Below, in pieces: positions 1 to 9,005 of a stretch of 64,000 nucleotides of DNA. Position 1 is the stretch's first letter, and each line of letters begins with the position of its first letter. A program made the position numbers and the translations under genes. Location of the stretch: assembly GCA_034520965.1 (NCBI GenBank), contig JAXHMY010000002.1:384001-448000 (forward strand), read 5' to 3'. The notes below the pieces were generated by a model. It saw nothing but the letters and a program-made list of their open reading frames with translations, did not search any database and was not told where the DNA came from. Source of the stretch: Spirochaetia bacterium. GTDB lineage: Bacteria; Spirochaetota; Spirochaetia; DSM-16054; Sediminispirochaetaceae.

Positions 1-138
1 CTCTACCATCGCATCGATACAGTAATTAAAAGCAGTCGGATTTTGGAGTATTCCGGTGATGTCATAAAAAAGAATTCCCGGTTTTGGAAAATCCGGTACT
101 TTGCGAATTGCCTGATCAAGGTTATAAGGTGTAACCAT
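1..138 (-). CDS. apt: Adenine phosphoribosyltransferase, 5' part (runs off the window)
   Basis: Manual translation of the minus strand gives [34 protein letters not shown], the typical APRT N-terminus. GGAG lies upstream of the ATG at 138; an alternative ATG is at 150. Confidence 0.85.
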   Translation of the reverse strand, partial: MVTPYNLDQAIRKVPDFPKPGILFYDITGILQNPTAFNYCIDAMVE

Positions 139-256
139 ACCTAACTCCATTTTATCGTAGTGTCACTGTAAGCTTACACAATTCATCTTAGTTACGAAAG
201 TGTTAGTTAATAAAAAGAATTGAATTTTTACAATAATTCTTCTATTCTAACAACAC

Positions 257-1227
257 ATGAAAACTATTCTTCCTATTGCCAGTGGAAAAGGCGGTGTGGG
301 TAAGACCATGTGCATCGCAAATTTAGGAATTGCCCTGGCACAAGCAGGAAAAACCTGCATTTTGGTCGATCTAGATCTCGGCAGCTCAAACTTGCACACC
401 TGCCTTGGCATAAAGAACCGCCACCGGGAATCGGGAATTACATTTACAAGCAGGAAACATCCCTGGAGGCACTAGTTTTGCCGACAGAGGTTCCTCAGCT
501 TTACTTTATCCCCGGCGATTCGCTCCTTCCGGGTACCGCCAACCTGCCCTATTTTACAAAAAAAGAAATTAATTCGCGAACTTGACCAGCTGGTAGCCGA
601 CTTTATTCTTATAGACCTGGGGGCCGGCAGCTCCTATAACGTAATCGACTTTTTTCTAATTTCCAACACCGGTCTAATTGTCACCACTCCCGAGACCACC
701 GCCATACTAAGCTCCTATTCTTTTTTGAAAAGTGCCGTATACCGCCTGCTCTACCGCAGCTTTCCTTCTAAAAGCCGGGAACGAGAAATAATTCAAGACT
801 TTGCAGCACCCCGATTGAAGGCAGTTCACTCTCCTTTCAACAGTTAGTTGCAAGGCTCTCAGAACATTCCGCCGATTCCGGTCTTAAGGCCGAGGAACAG
901 CTGCGGAACTTTTTTCCCCGTATAATACTCAATATGGGAAACTCATCTCAAGATTTTTCGGTTGCCGCAAAACTGCGTGACATCAGCCGTAAAAACCTCG
1001 CCATTCCAATGGAGTTTATCGGTTTTTTGCCCCACGACCCCGCAGTAAGCAGGTCTATTTTTACCCGGGTACCTTACATTCTTGATAAGCCAAACTCTCC
1101 ATTTGCCAAGGGGATGCGCCTGCTGACCCAGAAACTGACCGCAGGGACCTTTCCGAGCACTCCCCAGTTGTTCGAAGACGATGAGGACATTCAGGAACTG
1201 CAGCAGGAGCTGCAGCAGGATTTGTAA
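257..1227 (+). CDS. MinD/FlhG/ParA-family P-loop ATPase (split by frameshifts)
   Basis: Deviant Walker A SGKGGVGKT and VDLDLGSSNLH. Similarity continues in other frames (ILIDLGAG near 605-630) and in ORF 934..1227. Confidence 0.8.
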
Positions 1228-1272
1228 AGTAAGCAAAATGAGGAACCATGAGTGAGACTTTAAAAGAGTATA

Positions 1273-2292
1273 TTAAGGGTATGTTTTTCGAAAACGCTTA
1301 ACCCTGGGATATGCATTTAGATTGAAATCCGAATGTTCTCCGCGTTTCAAATAGTGATACCCGATTCCGGCAATCATAGCACCATTATCCGTACACAAGC
1401 CCATTGAGGGAAAAATAGCTTCAACCCCCTCCATCGCCTCCAAGCGGCTGCGCAGAAGCGAGTTGGCCGCAACTCCGCCACCGGCTACAATGCGGGTCAG
1501 GCCGGTATCTTTTACCGCCCGTTTTACCCTGCGCACCAGCATATCGATTGCAGCCCGTTGAAAAGAAGCGGCGATATTTTCAGGAGATTTCTCAGCTGCC
1601 CCGTCCCAAAACTGATCAAGCTGGTTGATAACGGCGGTCTTTAAGCCGGAATAAGAAACATCATACCGGTGGGTGCCCTTGTGCAGTGAGGGGTCGGGGA
1701 ATGCAAAGGCCTGCGGATTGGCCACCTTGCTTTGTGCAAGCTTGTCGATGGCCACCCCTCCGGGATATCCGAGCTGATAGTGCTTGGCAACCTTGTCAAA
1801 AGCCTCTCCACAGGCATCGTCGATGGTTGCTCCCATTACTTTAATGGTATCAAAATCTTCAACCTTTGAGATGACTGTATGACCTCCGGAGACCAAAAGC
1901 CCCATATAGGGATACTCAATATCGTACTCCAGATGTGGTGCGTACAGATGCGCCCGGATATGATCGATCCCAACGAAGGGAATATTCCGTGCCAGAGCCA
2001 GACCTTTTGCAAAGTTGAGGCCAATCAGAAGTGAGCCGACTAAACCGGGACGGTTAGTCACTGCAATACCATCGATCTTATCCAAACCTACACTGGCGTT
2101 TTTTAAGGACTGGCCGGCAACCGACAGTATCCATTCGGTGTGCATTCTGGAAGCGATCTCCGGAACCACCCCGTCGAAGGGGCGGTGAATATCTATTTGA
2201 GATGCTATTTCATTGCTTAAAATTCGGCGTCCGTCTTCAACTACAGCGATTGCGCACTCATCACAGGAGCTTTCAATTCCCATTACCAGCAT
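1273..2292 (-). CDS. tsaD: tRNA N6-adenosine threonylcarbamoyltransferase TsaD
   Basis: Motifs GIESSCDE, GVVPEIASRMH, HIRAH, LLVSGGHT, DDACGEAFDK, GGVAAN and CTDNGAMIA. Confidence 0.95.
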   Translation of the reverse strand: MLVMGIESSCDECAIAVVEDGRRILSNEIASQIDIHRPFDGVVPEIASRMHTEWILSVAGQSLKNASVGLDKIDGIAVTNRPGLVGSLLIGLNFAKGLALARNIPFVGIDHIRAHLYAPHLEYDIEYPYMGLLVSGGHTVISKVEDFDTIKVMGATIDDACGEAFDKVAKHYQLGYPGGVAIDKLAQSKVANPQAFAFPDPSLHKGTHRYDVSYSGLKTAVINQLDQFWDGAAEKSPENIAASFQRAAIDMLVRRVKRAVKDTGLTRIVAGGGVAANSLLRSRLEAMEGVEAIFPSMGLCTDNGAMIAGIGYHYLKRGEHSDFNLNAYPRVKRFRKTYP

Positions 2293-3415
2293 GTACATGC
2301 TCCTCTGCAAAAAATGATGAAAGGTGGACAAACTCGTACCCACGATCCTCTATCTTTCCATACCACAAAGAGAGGGTAGAGGCAAGCTCCCGGCTCCATA
2401 CATGTCCGATCATAACCGCATAGCCCTGGCTGCGAGCAACTTCCAGGGCACTGCTAAGGGCCAGTTCAATCTCTAACGGATCTTCAATATTATCCAGAAA
2501 CACATTCCGCTCTGAAAAGGGCAAGCCCAGTTTCTCCGCTACCCTATTCCCTACCGTGTCAGCGGTAGTGCGGCTGTCGAGAAAATAGAGCTGCCGCCCC
2601 TTCAATACCGAAAAGAGGGCTTCCATCAGTTCAGGATTGGCGGTTCCTTTAGAACCCATATGGTTATTCACTCCAATCACCCGGGGCAGCTGGTCAAGGT
2701 TCTTATTCACAATTTTCCGCATTTCCTCCGGCTGCATTCCCACGTACAGTGCACCAGGGCCCGGGTCTTCATCGCCTATAGGTTCAATCGGCTGGTGGAG
2801 AATCATCTCCTCTCCGGAACGTGCAATTTGTTCCTGAGCCGCCCGGCTAAACTCAAGTCCCGGCAGAAGTGCAAAGGTCATAGGTATCGGCAAATCGAGA
2901 TAGTTGTCTAGCTGCTCCAAACTGTAACCCACATCATCAATTACCAGATACAGTTTGCCCCCTTTGGCGGGGGGTGCAGGAATGTGTTCAAGTGGATGCA
3001 GGAGCAACCTCTCTTCCTCGGAGATAGATTCCTCACCGGTCTCTTCGGGGTAATCGGTATCAGTATCAGTAGACTCGGGCTCATCCAGGATTGGAGGAAC
3101 CGTTAGGGGATCAGATTCTACTTGCTGACTTTCCTCCCCTTCTATAGCCCCTTCTGTAGTTTCTTCTGTAGCCCTCTCGGTGTCCTTATCCAACGCAAGG
3201 TTCTGGGAATCCGGTCTCGGGAGCATCACCAGCAGAATAAACAGGGAAACTGTAATCAAAGTGAGCAGGGCATAGGCAAGCTGCACCCGTCGCCGCTGGG
3301 AGGGTGCCTTTTTCTTTTTTTTGGAGGTTCTATTTGCAGATGCTGCTGAATTTTCAGTTGAATCCGACTCAGAGGCTGTGTTTTTATTTTGTTGGTTATT
3401 CGAAGCGTTTTTCAT
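2273..3415 (-). CDS. Divergent polysaccharide deacetylase family protein with N-terminal membrane anchor
   Basis: TM helix and acidic linker, then LVIDDVG, MILHQP, GVNNHMGS, FLDSRT, RNVFLDN and IGH motifs. Confidence 0.88.
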   Translation of the reverse strand: MKNASNNQQNKNTASESDSTENSAASANRTSKKKKKAPSQRRRVQLAYALLTLITVSLFILLVMLPRPDSQNLALDKDTERATEETTEGAIEGEESQQVESDPLTVPPILDEPESTDTDTDYPEETGEESISEEERLLLHPLEHIPAPPAKGGKLYLVIDDVGYSLEQLDNYLDLPIPMTFALLPGLEFSRAAQEQIARSGEEMILHQPIEPIGDEDPGPGALYVGMQPEEMRKIVNKNLDQLPRVIGVNNHMGSKGTANPELMEALFSVLKGRQLYFLDSRTTADTVGNRVAEKLGLPFSERNVFLDNIEDPLEIELALSSALEVARSQGYAVMIGHVWSRELASTLSLWYGKIEDRGYEFVHLSSFFAEEHVHAGNGN

Positions 3416-3484
3416 ATTGCCTGTCTATCGGTATCGGGCCATCCACCGGAAGGGGGGACATTGCCCGATTACCTGCAGACGGCC

Positions 3485-4324
3485 TTATTCGTAAATATAT
3501 TCTCTCATTTCATCGGCATGTAGACGCAATTTCTTGATTGCCTTCATTTCAATCTGCCGAACTGTTTCCGGAGAGATGCCCATCTCCTCGCCAATGCGCT
3601 TTAAGGTAACCTTCTTGCCCCCATAGAAAGAAAAACGGTACAGCAGTACTTGTCGCTCTTTCTCACGCAGATGATCAAGAAACTTCACCGTATCCTCTTG
3701 TGCACACTTTTTCAACAGCTCATCATCGGGTTGGTAGGTAGTATCTTCAAACATGTCTCCAAGTCGGGAGTCAGTCTGTTCATCCTCCCAATCCAGTGAC
3801 ACAACCGGGTTTGATGAATAAAGTACTGCAGAGACTTCAGACTCTTTGACGTGCAGGGCTGCAGCAATTTCGTGCATTTCCGGCTTCCGCCCAAAGTCTT
3901 GACTATAAGAGTAATAAAAACGCTGAACTTTACGCAGCAGCTCCTCTTTTCGGTGGGGCAGTTTTATGTGGCGCTGATTTTTTGCAAGAGCCCGGACGAT
4001 CGATTGCCTTATCCACCACGCGGCGTAAGTTGAGAAGCGGACATTTTTTCGATAATCGAATTTTTCGGCAGCTTTCATCAGTCCGATATTCCCTTCTTGA
4101 ATTAAATCGAGAAAGCTGAGCCCGGGAGACATATAGGAACGGGCGATCTTAACCACTAATCGAAGATTCGACTCTGTAAGAAGGCGCAAAGCGTATTCAT
4201 CGCCCTTTTGGATTTTTTTTGACAATTCAATTTCTTCGGCAAAAGTGAGGAGCGGCTGTTTCTTGATACCGGAAAAGTAATTCTGTAAAGCGTCCTTTTG
4301 GACATCTACTGTTTTATTGCTCAT
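3485..4324 (-). CDS. rpoS: Sigma-70 family sigma factor, RpoS-like
   Basis: Region 2 (SNLRLVVKIA, DLIQEGNIGL, RFSTYAAWWIRQ) and region 4 (SPETVRQIE) are present; region 1.1 is absent. GGAGGG RBS. Gene order and sigma54 promoter match Borrelia rpoS; the symbol is inferred from synteny. Confidence 0.75.
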   Translation of the reverse strand: MSNKTVDVQKDALQNYFSGIKKQPLLTFAEEIELSKKIQKGDEYALRLLTESNLRLVVKIARSYMSPGLSFLDLIQEGNIGLMKAAEKFDYRKNVRFSTYAAWWIRQSIVRALAKNQRHIKLPHRKEELLRKVQRFYYSYSQDFGRKPEMHEIAAALHVKESEVSAVLYSSNPVVSLDWEDEQTDSRLGDMFEDTTYQPDDELLKKCAQEDTVKFLDHLREKERQVLLYRFSFYGGKKVTLKRIGEEMGISPETVRQIEMKAIKKLRLHADEMREYIYE

Positions 4325-4346
4325 TTCATACCCTCCGTCATAATAA

Positions 4347-4363
4347 TGCAACAACCATGCCAA
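4347..4363 (-). promoter_or_regulatory. Sigma54 (-24/-12) promoter
   Basis: Minus strand TTGGCATGGTTGTTGCA against consensus TGGCAC-N5-TTGCW, correct spacing, about 22 nt upstream of the start codon. Confidence 0.85.
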
Positions 4364-4514
4364 ATTATTAAAAGTTGGGTAAAATTTAGTATTTCTTTTG
4401 TTTGTATATAGTTAGCGCCTATGTACTGATAAACAGAAACAAGGATAGCCATAATAGTATACTTTTTTATACATTAATAGCTATTTGTATAGTCCAGTTA
4501 TCCATGCATAATAA

Positions 4515-4889
4515 TTAATTAAGCCTTGACAGCTGCTTATAGAGCATATCATCAAGTCCAATATCCCCATTCTTGGATATTGACTGAGCGTACTCATCAT
4601 AGAGCATATCCTCAAAAATCTCTTCTGCCTGACCACCCTCCAGAAGACCGCTCTTATTTACTGTCTTCCGCATGGAATCAAGCATTTGCTTTATGAAAAT
4701 AGCTTGAAAATCGGAACAGGTTTCTTTTAATCTGTCGTTTTTGGCAGTATTTTCAGTATTTGCATCGGAGCTCCCGGCTGCTCTGCCGCTGCGCGCTTTC
4801 GCCTGGAGGGAGTTGCTCTGCCGACGTATCCCGGCCTGTTGCTGCTGCAGCCGGCCCAGCTGCATCATATTACTTGAATCAATTTCCAT
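4515..4889 (-). CDS. flgJ: FlgJ-like rod-binding protein (single domain, no muramidase)
   Basis: LKETCSDFQAIFIKQMLDSMRKTV...EEIFEDMLYDEYA...LYKQL rod-binding signature; follows flgI. Confidence 0.85.
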   Translation of the reverse strand: MEIDSSNMMQLGRLQQQQAGIRRQSNSLQAKARSGRAAGSSDANTENTAKNDRLKETCSDFQAIFIKQMLDSMRKTVNKSGLLEGGQAEEIFEDMLYDEYAQSISKNGDIGLDDMLYKQLSRLN

Positions 4890-4928
4890 GTGTCTCTCCC
4901 CCCGGCTTAAACATTACAGAATTGCTTT

Positions 4929-6002
4929 CTACATAACCTCTAAAGTGCCGTACAGCGCTCCGGCACGCTGAATGGTTTTTAACACTTCAATTATATCATC
5001 GACCTTCATCCCCGCCTCCTTGAGAACTGATACCAATTCTTCAACCTTCACCGTTTCATCAAACTGCACACTGGACTGGGCGGCGGACTCGCCGGTTCTA
5101 TTCCACCCCACAGATATTTCGGATGAATTGAAAGAGACTACCACTGGGGCTATTCGTACCGATTTTCCCATTACAACCACCCCTGAATGACGATTTATTA
5201 CCACGCGGGCAGGGTAATCAGGGTTTACAGTAAGCTGTTCTATCGCAGCGCTTAATTCAGTAGAACTTATTTCATTGTCTGCAGAGGGAATTACCTCAAT
5301 TTTCTCGGCATCAACCGCTCGCACAGCAAAATCCTCATACTGGCTCCGGATAGCGTCCCGAACCGCAATTGCCAAGGAAAAATCTGGGGAATTGAGCAGC
5401 ACCGCGACTCCATTTTCAGTTTCAAAGTCGGAGACCACCGGCTGTTCAATAATCGCACCGGCGACAATACCGCCGGTGGTACGCTTATCGGATCTCTGCT
5501 GATCCTGGGTTGCATAACTGCTATTAACCACACCCTGAGCTACCGCATACACTTCGCCGTCTGCAGCCGAGAGGTTTGTCTGCAGCAGTACACCCCCGGC
5601 TATATTTCGGGCGTCCATTAAACTAGAGACAGTCACATCTACAGTTTGACCGGTTCGAATAAAAGGAGGAACCGTCGCCGTCACTACCACCGCTGCGCTG
5701 TTTTTACTATCGATATCCTCAGCGGCGATATTCACATCGAAGGCGGACAAGAAATTCGAGACCAGCTTTTTATTCACTTGGGAGCGACTGCTGTCCCCCT
5801 CTCCCCGTAAACCGGTTACTAGGCCGAAACCAACCAACTGGTTTGAACGAACCCCTTCTATTGCGGCAATATCGCGAATTTTAACTGAGGCCGGTTGGGC
5901 TACAAGAAGATTTCCATGGGGGAGCAATAAGAAAAGCAGAGAAAAAAGCATTCCCAACCCAACTGCTCTGTGTCTAATCAGTGAAATTATCATTTTACTC
6001 AA
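4929..6002 (-). CDS. flgI: Flagellar P-ring protein FlgI
   Basis: Signal peptide, GVRSNQLVGFGLVTGLRGEGD, KNSAAVVVTA, DGEVYAVAQG, IQRAGALYG. Confidence 0.93.
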   Translation of the reverse strand: MSKMIISLIRHRAVGLGMLFSLLFLLLPHGNLLVAQPASVKIRDIAAIEGVRSNQLVGFGLVTGLRGEGDSSRSQVNKKLVSNFLSAFDVNIAAEDIDSKNSAAVVVTATVPPFIRTGQTVDVTVSSLMDARNIAGGVLLQTNLSAADGEVYAVAQGVVNSSYATQDQQRSDKRTTGGIVAGAIIEQPVVSDFETENGVAVLLNSPDFSLAIAVRDAIRSQYEDFAVRAVDAEKIEVIPSADNEISSTELSAAIEQLTVNPDYPARVVINRHSGVVVMGKSVRIAPVVVSFNSSEISVGWNRTGESAAQSSVQFDETVKVEELVSVLKEAGMKVDDIIEVLKTIQRAGALYGTLEVM

Positions 6003-6984
6003 AAACCACCTCTCCTGCCTGCACTACCCGGCACTCTTTAATCACACCTGTGTCAAATTTAACCGCCACCGACTCATTGCGGCCGGCCTCGCCCCTCGCA
6101 TTCCCTGCTATTCGAAGCTGCACGGCCCCCCTCTGCATCATCACGCTTACCCTATCTCCCGGAACCACCAAGGGTTTAATCCGGGCATTGCGTATATGCA
6201 GAGGTTCTCCGGCAAAAATCTCAGTACGAGCCTCAAAATCACCCCCATGGGTGGAAGTAAGCGCCTCAGGGTACGCGCCCAGCCTCATAGGGCGTTTCTG
6301 TACATCATCAACTGTAATAACTTCACCTTCTATTATCCGTCGCTGAGCTGTCAGATAGGGGGTAAAGCGTTCGATTGTAACCGTGACCACCCCCTGCATA
6401 GAGCCTTTTTTGACCAGAAAACGAGCCGAGGATTTTCCCTGCCCCATGTCGCGAATAGTTAGCAGCTCACTGGTAAGTTCAAGGGATTTACTATCGCCTA
6501 TACTTCCACCTGTGACGCCCGTTGTAAGAGCCTGGAGGGATGCCGGCACATAAGGAATATCTATTTCGATACGCTCTTCTGGGGATTCATATTTCTTTGC
6601 AACCTGCTGCAGTACCTGGGTAAACATTTCTATCATAGCGGGCGATTCGATTCGAGAGGGAATATACACAGCCCGACGGCCAACTAAGGACACGGCACTT
6701 TCATCAAGCCCCTGGGGATGTTCAGTTTGCAGCACCCCGCTTATTTGCCAAAGAGGCAGCACTACAGGGCTTTCACCGAATACAGTACTACTATTGGAGC
6801 TAAGGGAGAACTGCGTATTATCACTTACAACCTCAATAAAGACATCGCTCATTGAAACATTTTCGCCCGCAGGTATGATATGGGGCCTGACATACAGTTC
6901 ACTCAGGTCGGCGGCGGCCGTTCCGGTAAAGTATAAGAGCACAACAGTTATGCACACTATAATACGCCCGCCACCTTTATCCAC
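5995..6984 (-). CDS. flgA: P-ring assembly chaperone FlgA (SAF domain)
   Basis: C-terminal SAF-like region (IIEGEVITVDDV...LVVPGDRVSV...GNARGEAGRNESVAV); lies between flgG and flgI. Confidence 0.75.
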   Translation of the reverse strand: MDKGGGRIIVCITVVLLYFTGTAAADLSELYVRPHIIPAGENVSMSDVFIEVVSDNTQFSLSSNSSTVFGESPVVLPLWQISGVLQTEHPQGLDESAVSLVGRRAVYIPSRIESPAMIEMFTQVLQQVAKKYESPEERIEIDIPYVPASLQALTTGVTGGSIGDSKSLELTSELLTIRDMGQGKSSARFLVKKGSMQGVVTVTIERFTPYLTAQRRIIEGEVITVDDVQKRPMRLGAYPEALTSTHGGDFEARTEIFAGEPLHIRNARIKPLVVPGDRVSVMMQRGAVQLRIAGNARGEAGRNESVAVKFDTGVIKECRVVQAGEVVFE

Positions 6985-6987
6985 TTA

Positions 6988-7782
6988 TTACCTCTTTAAG
7001 TTATTGGCAATTCCAAGCATTGTATCGGAAGTCTGGATCGCTTTTGAGTTGAGCTCGTAAGCTCTCTGAGCGGTGATCATACTGACCATCTCCTGCACCA
7101 CCGAGACATTTGACTTTTCCAAGAACTTGTGGACCGTCTTGCCCATTCCGTCCAGACTGGGACGTCCGCCAATAGCGTCCCCGGAGGCGTTGGTTACCTT
7201 AAACAAATTTTCACCGATTGCCTTCATACCGGCGGGGTTGGTAAACCGGAACAATTCCATCTGGCCTACTTCGATAGGATCATCACTGCCGGGCACTTTT
7301 ACCGTCACACGTCCGTCCTGGGTAACTGTCAGACTGTTGCGTACAAAGTTCTCCGGCAGAACTATTTCCGGCATCATACGATAACCGTTGGAAGTGACAA
7401 ACTGTCCGTTCTGATCAATTTTAAAAGAGCCGTCCCGGGTATAACCGTAACTGCCGTCAAGCAGCATAACCCGAAAAAAACCTTCCCCCTGAATGGCCAT
7501 GTCCGACACGTTGTCGGTACTTTGTAAGGCTCCCTGGGTGAACATCTTCTGGGTTGCCGCAACCTTCACACCATGACCTACCTGAATACCGGTAGGAACG
7601 GTGGTCCGCTCTGTGGCGGGAGTGCCGGCAATTCGAGTATTCTGATACAGAAGGTCCTCAAAGTCGGCCCGGTTCTTTTTGAACCCGTTGGTATTCACAT
7701 TGGACAGGTTGTTAGAAATTGTGTCGATGTTGAACTGCTGACCGGTCATGCCGCTGGCTGCGGTCCATAATGAACGCATCAT
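6988..7782 (-). CDS. flgG: Flagellar distal rod protein FlgG
   Basis: MRSLWTAASGM, ISNNLSNVNTNGFKK, YTRDGSF, LEKSNV, AQRAYELNSK. Confidence 0.95.
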   Translation of the reverse strand: MMRSLWTAASGMTGQQFNIDTISNNLSNVNTNGFKKNRADFEDLLYQNTRIAGTPATERTTVPTGIQVGHGVKVAATQKMFTQGALQSTDNVSDMAIQGEGFFRVMLLDGSYGYTRDGSFKIDQNGQFVTSNGYRMMPEIVLPENFVRNSLTVTQDGRVTVKVPGSDDPIEVGQMELFRFTNPAGMKAIGENLFKVTNASGDAIGGRPSLDGMGKTVHKFLEKSNVSVVQEMVSMITAQRAYELNSKAIQTSDTMLGIANNLKR

Positions 7783-7793
7783 ATATTACTCTC

Positions 7794-8642
7794 CTATACC
7801 TTTAACACGTCGTTTACGAGTCTGCCGCTCAATTCATCCTGAGTCTTTATGGTTCGCTGATTGGCCTCGTAAGCGCGATTTACTTCTATCATCTTTACCA
7901 TTTCGGTAACCGGATTTACATTGGAATTCTCTAAAAAGCCCTGCTCGACCTTTGTTTCCGAACCAAGAGCAGCCGCCATCTGATCTCCAGTCTGATCGGT
8001 GGTTTTCCACATTGAACTGCCCTGTTTTTTAAGAAAACGGGGCCTGTCGAAAGTCACCACTTTCAGGCGGTCGATTAGTTCCATGTTCTCCCACTCGTTC
8101 TCTTCCATCGACACTAAACGTTGAGGATCTCCGGCAAAAGTCGCATTCTGGTAGACATTTCCCTGTTTATCCACTACAAAATTGTTCTTCTTTATCTCAA
8201 TTATCCCGTTTTCACCTTTTACCGGGAGGCCTTCTTTGGTGACCAATATCCCCTCTTTACTTAAGTGAAACGAGCCGTTACGGGTGTATCTTTCCCCGGT
8301 AGGAGTTTCAATGCTAAAAAAACCCTCCCCGTCCAAGGCTAAATCAAAGGGGTTGTTAGATTGCTGCAGCTCACCCTGTTCAAAAACGGTGTACGATTCG
8401 TTGTACTCAACTCCTGAACCGACAGTCCCAACCACTGGAGACATATCGGCGCTTCCGAAGGGAAACTTGTACACGCCGTTATCGTTGGTGCGCCGTAACA
8501 GCATCTCTGGGAAAGCTTTACTCACAGACACATCACGTTTATAACCTGTTACATCTACGTTCGACAGGTTATTTGATAAGGCATCCATCCTGTCTAACTG
8601 TGCCTTCATTCCACTGGCGCCGGTATATAGTCCTGATATCAT
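7794..8642 (-). CDS. flgF: Flagellar proximal rod protein FlgF (FlhO-type)
   Basis: GLYTGASGM, NNLSNVDVTGYK, YTRNGSF, QGFLENSNVN, RAYEANQ; directly upstream of flgG. Confidence 0.88.
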   Translation of the reverse strand: MISGLYTGASGMKAQLDRMDALSNNLSNVDVTGYKRDVSVSKAFPEMLLRRTNDNGVYKFPFGSADMSPVVGTVGSGVEYNESYTVFEQGELQQSNNPFDLALDGEGFFSIETPTGERYTRNGSFHLSKEGILVTKEGLPVKGENGIIEIKKNNFVVDKQGNVYQNATFAGDPQRLVSMEENEWENMELIDRLKVVTFDRPRFLKKQGSSMWKTTDQTGDQMAAALGSETKVEQGFLENSNVNPVTEMVKMIEVNRAYEANQRTIKTQDELSGRLVNDVLKV

Positions 8643-8667
8643 GCGACTTCGATCCTCCTACTTATGT

Positions 8668-8694
8668 ATATCGGACATTGCCGGAGGAACTTGA
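8668..8694 (-). promoter_or_regulatory. Sigma28 (FliA)-type promoter of the flgF operon
   Basis: Minus strand TCAA-N15-TCCGATAT against consensus TAAA-N15-GCCGATAA, upstream of the AGGAGG RBS of flgF. Confidence 0.7.
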
Positions 8695-8777
8695 CGGTAG
8701 GTTGATACTCTATTTCATCTACTTTCACCCCTGAAAAGCCCTCAGCCCTCGCAGGGTACAGGAGTCCAGAAACTAAC

Positions 8778-8806
8778 TTGATTTTTTTTTCAATTCCGGC
8801 TAAATT
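8778..8806 (+). promoter_or_regulatory. Sigma70-type promoter of tRNA-Thr
   Basis: TTGATT-17 bp-TAAATT, 9 nt before the tRNA 5' end. Confidence 0.6.
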
Positions 8807-8815
8807 CGCAGGCAA

Positions 8816-8887
8816 GCCAAAATAGCTCAGTGGTAGAGCAACGCTCTCGTAAAGCGTAGGTCGACGGTTCGAATCCGTCTTTTGGCT
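8816..8887 (+). tRNA. tRNA-Thr (anticodon CGT)
   Basis: Cloverleaf: acceptor GCCAAAA/TTTTGGC, D arm GCTC-AGTGGTA-GAGC, anticodon arm ACGCT-CTCGTAA-AGCGT, T arm GACGG-TTCGAAT-CCGTC. CCA is not encoded. Confidence 0.97.
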
Positions 8888-8889
8888 CT
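8842..8889 (+). repeat. attL core (48-bp direct repeat, 3' part of tRNA-Thr)
   Basis: CGCTCTCGTAAAGCGTAGGTCGACGGTTCGAATCCGTCTTTTGGCTCT, identical to 43038..43085. Confidence 0.95.
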
Positions 8890-9005
8890 TACAACTCCCT
8901 ACGGTGTAGGGAATTATGAGACCTACCGGAAAACCGGCGGTTTCTCCAAACCACTATGGAAGATAGGCGGAAGATAAAACTTCCCCTATTTTGAAGGATG
9001 GAGAT

